From assembly GCF_009834535.1 (NCBI RefSeq), contig NC_045698.1, forward strand, positions 4,962,001-5,026,000: a DNA stretch of 64,000 bases, given 5' to 3'. Source of the DNA: Camelus ferus (taxonomy: Eukaryota). A program made the position numbers and the translations under genes. The notes beneath the pieces were generated by a model. It was not told where the DNA came from, searched no databases, and worked only from the letters and a program-made list of their open reading frames with translations. Below, one piece after another: positions 50,232 to 63,100 of the stretch; position 1 is the first letter of the stretch; each line of letters begins with the position of its first letter.

Positions 50232-50429
50232 TTTATATCCAATTTCCAACCCTTAAAGCTAGTTGGAAAGTTAGCATTTTATTACTGGCTATAAAGTTGA
50301 ATTTTTATAAAGTAAGTCCATTTTAGACTACACTTATATGCCAAGAAAACTTCAGTTTTCAGTTTCTTTTATAAATATAGAGCAGATTTGAAGATAGAGG
50401 GTTCTATTTAATTTTTTTCAATTGCTGGC

Positions 50430-51420
50430 ACTTAGTTATTTTTAAGCTATTAATCGTGAAAAATTCCAAATATATACATAGAATGGTGTAACAAACCTCC
50501 CTGTTTCTGTCACCTACTGTCAACTATTACAACTCTTGGTCACTTTAGTTTAATTTATCCCCCCTCCCGACTCTACTCTTCCACATTACACCTTTTGTGG
50601 ATCTCTGTTCCCTCTATATTACCCTCCACCTCCATTATTTTGAAGGAAATGTATCATTTCACCTATAAATATGCCAGTGCATCTAAAATATATGGGCTTC
50701 TTTGCCTATAATATCATTATCACATTTAAAATTCATTATTTCTTATCATCAAGTATCTCCAGTCAGTATTCAAAAGTCCAATTGCCTCATAAAAGTCACA
50801 AATGTTCTTCTCTGTATTTTTCACAGTTTGAACTTGGATGCAGTCCACACATTATAAATGATGGATTATATGTCTCTTTTAATCAGTAGAGTTTTCTCTC
50901 TATATCGCTTTTTCCTTAGAATATCTTTGCAGAAGAAAGAAGATCAGTTTGTCATGCAGAGTCTTCCACACACTGGGTGTTGCTGTTTGCATCCACACGC
51001 TGTTACATACCTGTTGCCTTGTCCTCTGCGTTTCCTGTATGTAAATAACTGGCTCTAGGTGAGTTTGACCAGCCAGGGTCAGGTTCAGTTTTCACGGCAA
51101 GACTGCTTTCCTGGGGGTGGTGTGGTTCTCTGTGGGAAGGTTCACGGGAGCAGACTGTCTCTCTTCTTGGGATTCTGCTGATGCTCGTTGGCTGGACCCG
51201 CCGACCACTGGGACGATAAAGCAGCCATAGTCTCCTTTCTGTTCTACTTTCCTCATTTGTTGGCTGGGACACTTCTATAAATGAAAACTTCTCTTCATCT
51301 ACTACTCGGTTAGCCAGTGGAACAATTTATTTAGGAAAGAGCGAATAAATGTTTCTTCTCCTTCACTTACCTGTTCTCAAAATATGCTGGTCACTAGAAT
51401 CCTTCCACAGGTACTGATTT
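50430..51420 (-). mobile_element. Ancient L1MC/L1ME 3'UTR
   Basis: gaaaattccaaatatatac...gtatcatttcacctataaatat...ccagtcagtattcaaa...tttgcagaagaaa. Confidence 0.7.
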
Positions 51421-52410
51421 CTACTAAAGAAAGACTTTCTACAAATTCCCACTGTGTTTTGCAAGGAGTGTCAAAATCATATAGCTCGGAGCATTTTTGT
51501 ACACCTGCCTCAGCACACAGACTAGCAATCCTTTCTAAATGACTTGAAAAGTTATGAGTGTATTTCAGAAAATCTTTTCCCCATGACATTACTCTTTACA
51601 ACAAGATGAATAGCACAGGATTTTATCAGGTGTGGCCTTGGAAATTACCTCATCCATATGCTTCATTCATTGTAAACGCAGGGAAATGAGACCAGTTGAA
51701 ATCCAGCCATCTGCCCATAATGGCGCCAGCAACTGGTACAAAGCCTGGTTCCGGATTTCTTGATTCCTGTTCCAGGAATCTTTTTCACACTCTGCCTAAA
51801 AGGGCGATTCTGTCAGAAATTCTAGTTAAAATCATTAGTAAGTACAAGGAAGCAAATCTCACTCTTACAGACTATCCTCAAATTAAAGTAAGCCATCATT
51901 CAAAAGCCATCATTCCAAATCAGACATTTTAGAATTCAAAGCACTTTCCCAAAGAAACTCAGATTCACTGCTGGTTAAAACCCAGGCTGGATTGGTAAAC
52001 TGTTCTTGGTCCTAGGTTCACACAAAATGCAGAGCCGTACGTGTGAAGCACTGTTGATAGCTGCCTCCTTACAGAAGTCGATGAGCATGTGACGAGTCCC
52101 ATTGGAAATATCTACCATGTCCTGGGACTTTCTATGTGCTTCTTCGTTTCATTTCCACAGCAATCCCACCCTACCGAGAAAGCTGAGGTCAAAATAGGGG
52201 GCTCAGAGAGGCACAGTAAGCAGAGCCTGGACTGGAACCTGGGAGGCCAACTGCAGGATGACTCGGGGGATTTATCGGAAGAGTTGAGCATGGGATCCTG
52301 GCTGATTCAGCTGAGAAAAGGGTCCCAAGTTATGGAATCGGCATCAGGAAAGCAAAGGAGGACCCTGATCCTCGCTTCACAAGGAAGCTCAGTGTTTATA
52401 CGAAGGAGAC

Positions 52411-52957
52411 TGTGGTAAGCAGCCTCTCTGGTGGCTCCCAGTGGTCCCTGCTGCCTGATGATCACAATCTGGTGTCATCCCCTCTCATCAAGTAAGGGCA
52501 CACCATACTACTTCACTTCTAACAATAGAACATGGCAGGAGTGATGGGCTATTCTGAAATCAGATTGTAAGAAGCACATGGCTTCTGTCTCCAGCGTGCT
52601 CGCTCTCACTGCATCACCCATGCTGGATGAAGCCCACCTCCATGTTGCAGGAGCAGCCTTGAGGAGAAGCCAGCGTTTCTGGTGAAGTATCAGGGGCTCC
52701 ATCCAACAGCCAGGGAGGAACTGAAGTTTGCCCACAGCCACATGAGTGTCATGGAAGAGAACCCATGAACCTGAGTGGAGCCTTGAGATACCTGGAGCCA
52801 GGGCTGACATCTTGACCTGCAACCTCATGAGAAACCTCGGAGCCAAAACTACCCATCCAGCTTGCATTCTTGACTCACAGAACCTGCGCTAACAGATGTT
52901 TGTTGTTTAAGTTGCTGAGTTTGGGGTAATTTGTTAAACAGCAACAGACAGCTAACT
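52411..52957 (+). mobile_element. MLT1F-like MaLR solo LTR
   Basis: tgtggtaagcagcctct..ggctcccagtggtccctg...gttgtttaagttgctgagtttggggtaatttgttaaacagcaacagacagctaac. Confidence 0.88.
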
Positions 52958-53143
52958 TGGTGTCATTCCTAAATCAAGGAACGCATGTTCTTTATTAATG
53001 TACTTTCGTGTTCTATGTATGTAGTCATTTTATTTAGGGATGCCATTTTTTATGTTAAATAAGATAACAGGGTCTTATTTTTTCCAGTTACTGTCTTTTA
53101 TCCCTGAAAAAAAACAAAGTCAAAAAAGCATATATACATATAT

Positions 53144-53349
53144 GAGTGGTTGTCAGCTAGGGGAGAGTCTGTCCCCCAAGGGATGGTTAAAAACAGCAAT
53201 GTTCTAGCAACACTGAATAATGGAGCTTGCTGCTGGGATCCAGTGGGTGAAGGGCAGGGACTGCTGCTGAACACCCTGTAACACACAGGACATCCCTCCA
53301 CACCAAAGCATTTTCCAGCCCAGAATGTCAGTAGTTGTTGAGAAATCTT
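53144..53349 (+). mobile_element. MER20 hAT-Charlie MITE carrying a templated insertion
   Basis: gagtggttgtcag...gggatccagtgggtgaagggcagggactgctgctgaacaccct..cacaggaca...ccagcccagaatgtcagtag..ttgagaaatct. Confidence 0.8.
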
Positions 53350-55744
53350 AATATATAACCACTGAAATATATCTATTCAGAAAAATAACTGTGTTTACAC
53401 AATTGAAGCATTAAGATATTACATGGAAAACTTAAGAGAAAAATACGTATTTTCTACCAGTTTTTGGCTTCTTTTCTTCCTGATAGCATTTTTTTGTCAA
53501 ATTGAAATGAAAATCTTTTAATTACGTACAAGCACTTTTGTTTCCATTAAAGTAAACAGCATCCATTTTCATGTGTGACGCACTGATAACACAGCGGTCC
53601 ACTCAAGTGCTTGCTCATGTTGTTGTCAGGAACACATCGATTAGCATTTTGGAGAAGCGGTTGTTTGACATTGAATTTGGAACATCGTGGATCACAAAAC
53701 GCAACAATGGCTGATGAAAATAACATTCAGTCCCCTGGTGTGACTCTAAATAAGTAAATTGAGAACAGATATTTATAGAGAGCCTACAGATGAGGCACAT
53801 TCACTATAGGCAAGTGGCTCTCATCACCCGTGACTAAATGATGGATGCCCTCGCGGACACGTGCGTAATGAAGATGGCGAAGTCGCACATTTCCTCACAA
53901 CTCTTACAACTGTGACACAGATCAGTCACAGGTGTGGAATGAACCACGTGGCTGGGATGAGAGCCATTAAATTCCATCACACAGCGTCTACCCCCTTAGA
54001 AAGAGGCTTCCAGAGATCGAAGCGAGGAGCACACGGAGAACAGAGTGTCTTAGAAAAAGAAGGAACAATAGTAGAACTATCAGAACAAGTAGGGGCATCT
54101 CAGAGCTACTGAAGGAGCCAGAAGTAAAACATTCACAAACAATATTGCTCTCTGCCTTGTGATTACCTAGAAACCAGACTGAATTTTCCCTCTGGTTCCA
54201 CTTCCGTGTGTGGACTGATGTCAGCCACGAGGTAGGCGGAGGCCATGGCCAGCTCTGGCCCAGTGATGGCAGTTTGCTGAAAGACGCTGGGGCTGTTTGC
54301 TGAATGTAATGTGACAATGCCGTCAGCATCCATACGTGCTCACACACAGATCCATTCTCAGTTCCTCCAGTACACGACTTCCACAGACTCATACCTGTAA
54401 CATCGCACCCTCAGTATTTGTGGCTGGATTTAGAAGGCAGACTGTCTGCGTTTAGCTGGGTTCCCCACACTTTCATTTCTCACCCCAGTAGTTCCACGCT
54501 CGCTGTTGGTGAACCGAATGGTCATGTCAGTGAGTGTGAATCATTTTGCCAAACAACAATGGGACCTTTTCTCTAACAAAAAGTGTCTGGAAAATCTGAG
54601 TTCAAATCTAAATCATCTTCACATCAGTGCTTTAGATTTTCTCCAGAAATTGGATGGATTTAGCAAAGAGAGAGGAGCTCTTAGGTTTCTGTTCTGCCCT
54701 CAGACATTTCACATGGCTGTAGGCTTTCTTTTCTTTGGGCGTATTTCTTTCCTTTCAAAAACTTGCATAGAAACCAACATTCTTGCGCGTGGCTATTGTG
54801 TTTGCCATTAAACAAACCCATGTTCTAGCAACACTGAATAATGGAAAAAATATTAGAGATGCTATCCTCGCCCTTGTTTTTGTCTTTGAAGCTCTATAAG
54901 AACACTAGGAGAAATCACTGAATAATAAATCCCAAGGAAATAGTAGAAACAGGTGCATTATAGGCTTTAGCATTAGCAGCGTTGAATGGAAAATAACCTC
55001 CCACAACAGGAAACAATTACTTTTCTATACAAAAGGAAGACTGTTTAAAAAATTGGGCTAGGCTGGAAATTTTCACTAGAGGCATTAGAAAAATATCATT
55101 TTTTCATGGATTAAGTACAAAATATTGTAGGCATTTGGTAAACTTGTAGAGAGTAACTTGAGTTCGTCCTCCATGTCAATATTGATAGTGATGAAAACGC
55201 CAAGCATTTAAGTGTCAGGGACACATTTAATTTCAAGATTTTTACCTCACTTGTGGCAGGTAACCCACCCAACAAGATGTAATTAGACTTAATGCATATT
55301 GGTACAAGGATAGATTGCGTGTCTACACGTAAACGAACCTGATGCCATTCGGTTCTGGGACTGTACAGATGGAGTGGAGCGGACGTGTGAACGTGGGCTG
55401 GCTGGGCACCCGAGCACGAGTCATCACATTATCTCTGCCATTGATCTGAGGGGTTATCCCAGACCATGTCTCCTAGGCGTTCTGGTTTTCTCATTTTTTT
55501 ATTCTCTAGGGGAGCCTTACTTTCTTGCCAACTCTGTGATTCACCCTGAAATACTTTTTGTAGGCTGCCTGGACCAATTTGAGAGCAGACTACAGAAGAC
55601 CCATGTCTTAGCATCCAGAGCCCAGGAGAGGGTGGGACGCTTGGAGCCCCCTTGATACTCAGCATTGTGCTTAAGCAAAACCCATGAGGGGCTAGTACTA
55701 AGGAAGCCTCAGAGCTTCTTGAGTGACCCAGGGCCGTGCAGGGA

Positions 55745-56262
55745 TTACTACATAAATCAGCCAGATGTGGCCCCTCTGTATGGGCCCTGCATTGCTTGCT
55801 TACTTCTGTGAGCATTAGCTCACAGTCCGCTGTCACCAAACTCAAATTTTGACACATAAATTGACTTTAATAGAACCCAAATATGCAGACTTTGAGAGTT
55901 TAGACGCTGCTTGCTTTGCATAGCCCAGGAAACCGCACCCAACATCTGCCAGCCGTAGATAAGACGAACCCTGGGGCTGTCAGAGCCGACCCCCTGTGCC
56001 CTTGAGCGTCCTCTGACCCAGAGACTCCACACCTCGACGTGTAAAGCCCCACCATGTGCCCTCGGCCCCCACCATCTCCCTTGGCCTCTTTATTCTTTGG
56101 CTGCTGGCCCCCTGCAGCTGTCTCTGAAGGATCTCCTGCTGGGAGAGGCTTCTCTCCTGCAAACCAGTGCAGGCACCACCCAGGAAAGTTGGTTGCGCAG
56201 CACAGTCATCTCGTGGGCCTGCCTTTCCCTCGGTCAGCCCTGAAATCCTCAAACTCACCACA
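55745..56262 (+). mobile_element. ERVL solo LTR (MER54/MER73/MER74-like)
   Basis: caccaaactcaaattttgacaca...gctttgcatagcccaggaaaccgcacccaacatctgccagccgtagataagac...cagccctgaaatcctcaaactcaccaca. Confidence 0.8.
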
Positions 56263-56983
56263 GGCACCAATATAATGTACAGACAAGAGAGTAGCAGAGA
56301 TTGATCTGGGAAGACAGCACACTCTGGACCAAGGGCTGATCACCAAGGAGCAGGCGGGGAAGCAGACCCTTCCAAGGGATGCTGGTGTGGAGGGAGGACG
56401 GTCCTTGAAGTGCATCCAGGGAGAGCCAGTGCCAAGAGTTGCTGACCCATGACCAAGGATCAGGACCTCCACCCTACCTTGGCTTTCTATCAAACCCTCA
56501 CCACCACGCTGGGATTTAGACAGGACCCTGTGGGGACTGGGGAGGAAACTGTGCAATGCCTGCTTGTCCACAATTGGCTTAAGACTAAGTTGTGGTCATT
56601 GGAAGGAGAGGAGGCTCGAGATAAAAGTAAATTCAGCTATAATAAAATTAAGGTATAGAAAAGTGTTGTATTGTTTGCTCAGTTGATTTGGTGACCTGGT
56701 AAGATTTTCCCTACTAGATCTGTTTTGCATTTTGATCTGACTAAAATTAGAACTTCAGTGGCCTCCCCACATGCTTCAGATCAGTTCATCAATTCCAACT
56801 GGCTTCAGTCTGTTGGGTCTGACAGCCTGCTCCATGCAGTTAAGATTTTCCGGCTTCAAGAAAAGTGTTAAAAATATCAAAGCCATAATTTAAAAAAAAA
56901 AAAAAAGTTGACTCTATTGAAATAATCTATTAAAGTTTTGTCAAAATATTTGGTGGTGGTGTTCAAAGAAAAGCTAAACAGCA

Positions 56984-57251
56984 TGAGAGGTGAATTTACG
57001 GCGAAAGCTAATGAAACTTTAGTTACAAAGCTGTCACTTACAAAGGCCTCTCCCAAGGGTCTTGGATGGGCCCTAGAAATTTCATATTCATAATTTCATG
57101 ATTTTTATTTTGCCAAAAAAAGCCCCTTTATCCCCCAAAACTTGAATATTCCCCCAACAGAATATTCCAACCAAAGTTAAGGTGTTATCAGGCAGAGCTG
57201 TGATTCTGCACCACCACATGAAACTGAGTCCACAAGAAATAAATCCCCCTG
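56984..57251 (+). mobile_element. MER53-like hAT MITE
   Basis: gaatttacggcgaaagctaatgaaac...gggccctagaaatttcatattcataattt...aaatccccctg. Confidence 0.55.
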
Positions 57252-57499
57252 TGGCCACTTCTGTGTCTGGTGTCCAGAAGGCTCTGGAGGGCTGGTTTCT
57301 GAGACCACACTCAGGATCCAGAGACCAGATGACATCCAGGATTCTCTCAAGCTCAGTCAGATAAAACAATGGCTGGAAACCCACACCCTGTTTGGTAAGT
57401 TTAGCACAATTACATGGGTTCATTGGGGTAACATATTAGTCGTACCTGCTGCTTATGTGTAAGGAATTCAGACGTGTAGGATGGCCTCCCAAACCTACT

Positions 57500-57660
57500 C
57501 AAAACGTAGGTGAATGTGGACAATCACTTAACCCTCCAGTTTCAATTTTTGATCTATGAAAGTGGAGAAGATGAGTGTCTACATCACAAGGGTCAGTGAG
57601 GACCAAGGGAGATAACATATGGGCATAGCCTAGAGTCTGTCTCACAATAAACGCTTCCAA
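57500..57660 (+). mobile_element. MIR
   Basis: ggacaatcacttaaccctccagtttcaatttttgatctatgaaagtggaga. Confidence 0.6.
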
Positions 57661-57799
57661 ATCACGTGCCCCTGACTCTTACCTGTGTCATGGACGCGGG
57701 TCTGGACAGATGACAAAAAGTGACAGCTTATTCCCCGCCATTATATGCAAGCCCCCAGTCAAAGGAATGATGGTAGTTAACCTCCGACTGTCAAAAGTT

Positions 57800-58340
57800 T
57801 CACTGCCAAATGCCCATCAAGTAGTGAACGGATAAACAAACCGTGACACTTCCACACAGGAGAACATGACTCAGCAATAAAGAGGAATAAACTACTGATG
57901 CGCACAGCACCCGACGGATCTCAAGTGCACCGCTTTAGGTGAAAGTTGCCGCATTCAAATGACGTGCCGGGAAAGACAAAACTATAGAGGGAGAAAGGAG
58001 ATCTGATTTTTACAGAGGGGCACGAAGGGTTTGTAGCGGGCGATGCACCTCTTCTGTATCTTGATGATGGTGGTGGTTACATGATTGTAAGCTTTCATCA
58101 GAAATGTATAGAACTGGGGGAGGGTATAGCTCATTGGCAGAGTGCGTGCTTAGCGTGCACAAGGTCCTGGGTTCAATCCCCAGTACCGCCATTAAAATAA
58201 ATAAATACATAAATAAATAAACAAACCTAATCACCTCTCCCTCCCAAAAAAAAAAATGTATAGAATCGTACACTTCAAGGAGTGAATTTTACTCTATATA
58301 CACATTGGGTGTATTATGCAAATTACACCTCAATGAACCT
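57800..58340 (+). mobile_element. L1MB/MC-type 3'UTR (GC-shifted) with nested SINE
   Basis: ccaaatgcccatcaagtagtgaacggataaacaaa...ctgtatcttgatgatggtggtggttacatg...tgcaaattacacctcaat. Confidence 0.8.
58116..58253 (+). mobile_element. Full-length camelid tRNA-derived SINE (vic-1 type) with TSD
   Basis: A-box-like tagctcattgg, B box ggttcaatccc, (aaat)n/poly(A) tail, and TSD aaatgtatagaa at 58102-58113 and 58254-58265. Confidence 0.93.
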
Positions 58341-58509
58341 GACCCAAACAAAAACCACAAACAGAAAGACACACCGTCCGTGATGCGCTGCAGAGAAGCC
58401 CATGCAGACATGGCCTGCGGCTGCCCAGGGCCAGTTCCGGCAGGACTGCTGCGTCCTGCCACTTCCCTGCCTGGATACCTGCTCAGGAACCACCAGCACT
58501 GCTGAACCT

Positions 58510-58672
58510 GCTTCTGGGGGCGGGGGGCAAAGGGTCACTCCTCCGTGTGACGCAATCTTCCCGATGGAGACATGGGGCTGGTGGGTATAACCTCGCCTCA
58601 CATCCTGCTCGTGCGGCCTCCTGACCAGGAGTTTCAGGACTGCTTCTAACAATGTATACTCTCCGGGTGAGT
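58510..58672 (+). promoter_or_regulatory. Candidate Pol II promoter and first exon
   Basis: GC box 58517-58525, TGACGCAAT 58548-58556, TATAA 58586-58590, then donor CGG|GTGAGT at 58667. Confidence 0.45.
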
Positions 58673-58869
58673 GCCCTTCACTCTGCCAGAAGCCACCTTG
58701 GAAGGAGAACGCTCATTTCTCGGGTCCCCTCGTGTTTGTCTAGCTGCAGGCACCAAGTCTACAGTCGAATAACTGTTAAAGTAAAAGATTATATGAGACC
58801 CATTGTCCCAAGGATCAGATAGTGGTAAGGGGACCCCAGGTTAGGAGCAGCACTTATTATGAATGGGGG

Positions 58870-59640
58870 TATCCCCTTAGCTAGTAGTTTCATTGCAATT
58901 TTATGTATTCTTAACATCTCTATATATTTCATTTGAGCTGGTTTTGCTTATAAAAAAGAGGTATGTATTAGGCAAATTTTTGTACTTACTTTTTTTTTTT
59001 TTACTTCATATTATACAGCTAACATCCTTCGATATTATGTGCACCTGTAGCTCATTCATTCTGACAGCTCTAATGAGCTCCAACGTGGATGGTTTATTGG
59101 CCCAGTCTTTGGTTGCTGTCTCCAGTCTTGATATGGTGAACAGGATAGTCGTGAACATTTTTGTATATGCCCCTCCCATACATGTGCCTGGTGTCCCCGA
59201 GGGCAATGGAACTGTGCTTGCTGCGATCCTGGGGGTGTGAACGTTCCACTTTAGAAATAATGCCATGCTGTTTTCCTAGATGCTTGCCGTGATGTAGACC
59301 TTGCACTCTCAGTGGGTGAGAAGTCTTACAGGTCCACATTTCCTTCTTCCTTTGGCATTTTCAGACTTTTTAAATAATTGCCATTCAAATGGATGCAAAT
59401 GACATCCCATCGTGCTCCTGAACTACATTTCCTGGTCACTCGTGATGTTTAGCATCTCTCCATCTGTCTCTCTGTCAGTTGCGCACTCTCTCTCTCCCCA
59501 TCTCTGCTTTGCTTTACATATTTTTGACATAATTGCTTTGTCAATCATATTGCATGCACTTTCTCTCCCAGGGTGTAATTTGTATTTCCTTTTTCTTTAA
59601 GCTGTTTTCTCATTTATGAACTTTCTTAATTTCAACACTG
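58870..59640 (-). mobile_element. Ancient L1ME 3' fragment
   Basis: gtagctcattcattctgacagct, gtgaacatttttgtatatg, ttggcattttcagactttttaaat. Confidence 0.7.
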
Positions 59641-59800
59641 TCAATACATGTTATATTTACTCAGCACGATGACCCCATGAAGCAGATAAAAGGATTATTA
59701 TTATTATAAAGATGCTTGAAGAATTTATTAACCTGCCCGGGGTCACATAGCCAGGTCATTTGGGAAGTAAGTTTCACACTCAGGTTTTAGTCCAGTGCTG
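59640..59800 (-). mobile_element. MIR
   Basis: ttaacctgcccggggtcacatagccagg. Confidence 0.55.
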
Positions 59801-62800
59801 TATTGCAGGCCCTCCAGGCCTGGCAGTTGCACCGGGATTCAGGCAGATGGAGGAACGCCCTCGGTGCCTTAGGTATCTCTGAGGTGGCTTTATTGCGGAG
59901 GGGTGACAGGAGATGCTGGCGGCCATGGCATAAAATCCCGTCCGCCTTATATATCAAAGCAAACACAGCCGGCGTCTGGCTGACTATTACCTAGGAGCTA
60001 ACCAGGGCACCCGTGTAGCACAAATCACACTTACGTACACTACGTGGGTCCTGTGCTTGCAGGATAACATAGCTGAGTCACTGGGCCCCCGATGTCCGGC
60101 GAGGGAGCCTGACTGACTCCATTTTCCCTGCAGGTGTCAATTCTCTTTCACCGCTAAATCGACTTTTTCATACCCAATGGAGTTATGTTTTTTCCACCCA
60201 AGGGATTAAAACTCTTTGAAGGTATTTAAAAAGCCAAGACTTTTCAAATGCATACATGTAACAAATCAGAGCTTTCCAGGTGACAGAGATCTTGTCACTT
60301 TTGTACGTCACAAAGTTTACAAGTGAAAATGCCGAGACTCATAGAGCTGAGTGACTGTCCCAGAACCATACGGCAAATCAGGTTATTCAAAGCCACAGCG
60401 GGAAGCAGGGTGCCCTCACCCCCAGTGCAACGCTGCCCTTTCACTGCACGTGAGGTGACAGCTACGAACCCTAGGTACTTAACATGTCTGTGTACTTTGA
60501 AACTGATCTCCATGCAAAATAAAAACTATACTGCACAATGATTTCTCTAATACTGACTCAGCTAGCTGCAAGCACCACCATCAGTTAGTCTGTGTGTGGA
60601 AAAGTGGCCCCTGCCGGAAGCACTCTGACTCTCTAAAAGGTAGAGAGTGCATTTTATCAAGAGGGCGTCATGATCCCTGACTGGGGCAGCTCTCGGAGGG
60701 AGAAGCACTAAACTGGCCATGAGTTTATTTATGAAACACATCCTCCCAACAGCTCCACATACAATTTCTAGCCAGAAGCCCCCAGTGCTGCTAAGCCAGC
60801 CTCTTGTAACGCGCAAAGAGCCCAAAGTCACGACGTTGACAGGAGAACCCCCTGCGTACGGACCTGCTGGGTCTGCAGCAAACCTTCAGAAGGAAGGTCG
60901 ATGTGCTTCTTCCCAACCAAGCTATTGACGGGGAGGCCCGGAGAGCTCCATTTCCTCACTCAGCTGTGACCAGAGCTGCCAATGTTCATCAGAGGGGTGT
61001 GGGTCAGCGTGCCCGGCACCTTTCAACAAGGTCGGTGCTTTCTTTGTATGAGGCAATATGTGTGTACACCTAGAAGGATGTATCTTTCAGTCTTTCGGGA
61101 TTCATTTCTGGCCAACACTTCACTTACGCCCTGGTTAGGGTTTGGTTACTGGCACGCCCATCCACGCTAGCAGGTGTGAGTGAAAAGGGACTCCTTACCG
61201 CCATCAGGAAGGCTGGAGGAGCAGGCGTTAGAGCTTCTCCCAGGAGCAACTCCAAGTTGCCAAACTGCTCTCTTCTGTAGTAAATCAGGGAATGGTCTGC
61301 ACTGCTGCTGATCGCAGAACCGCACCACTGCGGCCAGATCAGGCGAACCCTTACCACTGCCGCAGACGCATTAGGAAGCCCGCTGAAGCCTCGCGCTGAA
61401 CTCGGAAGCTGCAGCCGCAGTTTCAGGCTGCACGTTCGTGCCACTTCTGTCACCATCTGACACCAACAAACGGGGACTGAGCACCTTGCCTTCCCTCACG
61501 GAGCTCAGTTCCAGGTCAGAGTCTCCGGGGAGGGCATCAAATGGCAGAACCTAGGAACCAAGAGATCAAGGAAACAGCATTCCTGGTTGAGAGTCCCACT
61601 GCTGGACTCCAGAGGGGGCAGAAAGCCCATCCCGAGTGTCCCCCACAGCTGTGAACCCCACGTTTGGAAACACCCCCAGTGCACCAGGAACTACTGTCCC
61701 CCTTCCCTCAGGGAAGGAGGTCCAAGAGGCTAACGGCATAAACAGGACTTCTGACTGATTCGAAGTTGACTCTTGTGAAGCACTCCTGCTCATGCAGATT
61801 CAAATAAAGCAAAAATTCCGCTAAATCCCTACCCTGGTGACGTTCACAACCCACTGAAGAATGAATTCATTGAGAAGAACCTCTAATGTGTTGAGTCCAC
61901 TGTTTTACGTAGCAGAAAGCACCCTAATTTTCTACACGCGTGTTTCACTTGCATGTTACCCGTAAAAGCAAAAGCTCCAAACTTGGGACTCGCTTCTCTT
62001 CCAGTTCTCTGCTCTTACTCTTCTTAGCTACTTTCTTTATCCTTCCTTCAATTGCCTTTCAAAAAATTTTAAATATCCTTACCTGGCTAACTACTCTGGT
62101 TCTAGGTCTTACGATACAAAAATTCTTGTTATTTTAACGTAGAAACTATTTTTCAGGCTTCTATGTGCCTGAAAGTTTTGCCTTTCATTGGACTCTGAGA
62201 ATTGATCATGTTTAATTTTGTCCCCTAGGAAGCCAGAAGGCAGTTTTTGGTGTTTCCTTTTCTTCAATGGGAGAAACAAGAGGCAATTTGTTAAATATTT
62301 GAAGCCGTTTTTCTTCATTTCCACCACTTTCACAGCATAGTATGCCCTGTCCCTCTTTGCTGGGCTGAAGTGTTGCAAGAAACTCTGCAGTGTTCTCTGT
62401 GGGCCGCTGCCTGGAACTCAGGCTGCCCTGGAATGAGTTACTGCTGACGGAGCAAAGGCATCTCCAGGTTATTTTTCTGATGAGTCTTGCTGGCCTCATT
62501 ATGAAGCAGAATGTGGGCTCATCTTCAAAGTTATTATGCTGGGTTTCATGGGGACTTCATCAGAGCGCTTCCCCCCGAGACGGAGAGAAAACGAAGCCAC
62601 GGTGCCGGGCTGCGGATCCTTATTTCAGAAGATGTTCTCTGCCTTAGGTGCTTAACCTGCAAGATTGACTAAATCAGGGCAGCCCAGTGGGAAGCAGGGC
62701 TCTGAACCCAGAACCTGGAATTGCATCATTCTCGCTACCACTGATTGTGCGGAACTCGGTGGGAATTACCCTCAACTGAAGGGAAAAAAGCCTTTTGAAA

Positions 62801-63100
62801 TGTGTTCACACTAAGGCTGAATTTATAAATTACAATATCAGAACAAAGCTTTATAAGCCAATTTCTGTTTTATTAACTGTGTGTTATCTCAAGTCTAATC
62901 CTTTCTTCCACTCCTGCTCTGCCCCTTTCTCATAACCATGTTTTACGTTGTGATTCACGGTGTTATTTTTCATCAGATACTGGGTTCATCTCCCGACATC
63001 CCTGGAGGAAGAGGGCAGCTCTCACACAAGCATTTTCAAAGTGGCCATAACCCGCTGTGTTCAGCTGGATAAAGCGCTCCCTGCTCCACAGGAGTCCCAC

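Noticed and set aside
58116..58190. tRNA-like sequence
   Set aside because: It is the head of a SINE with an A-rich tail and TSD, with three more diverged copies in the window. It is not a tRNA gene.
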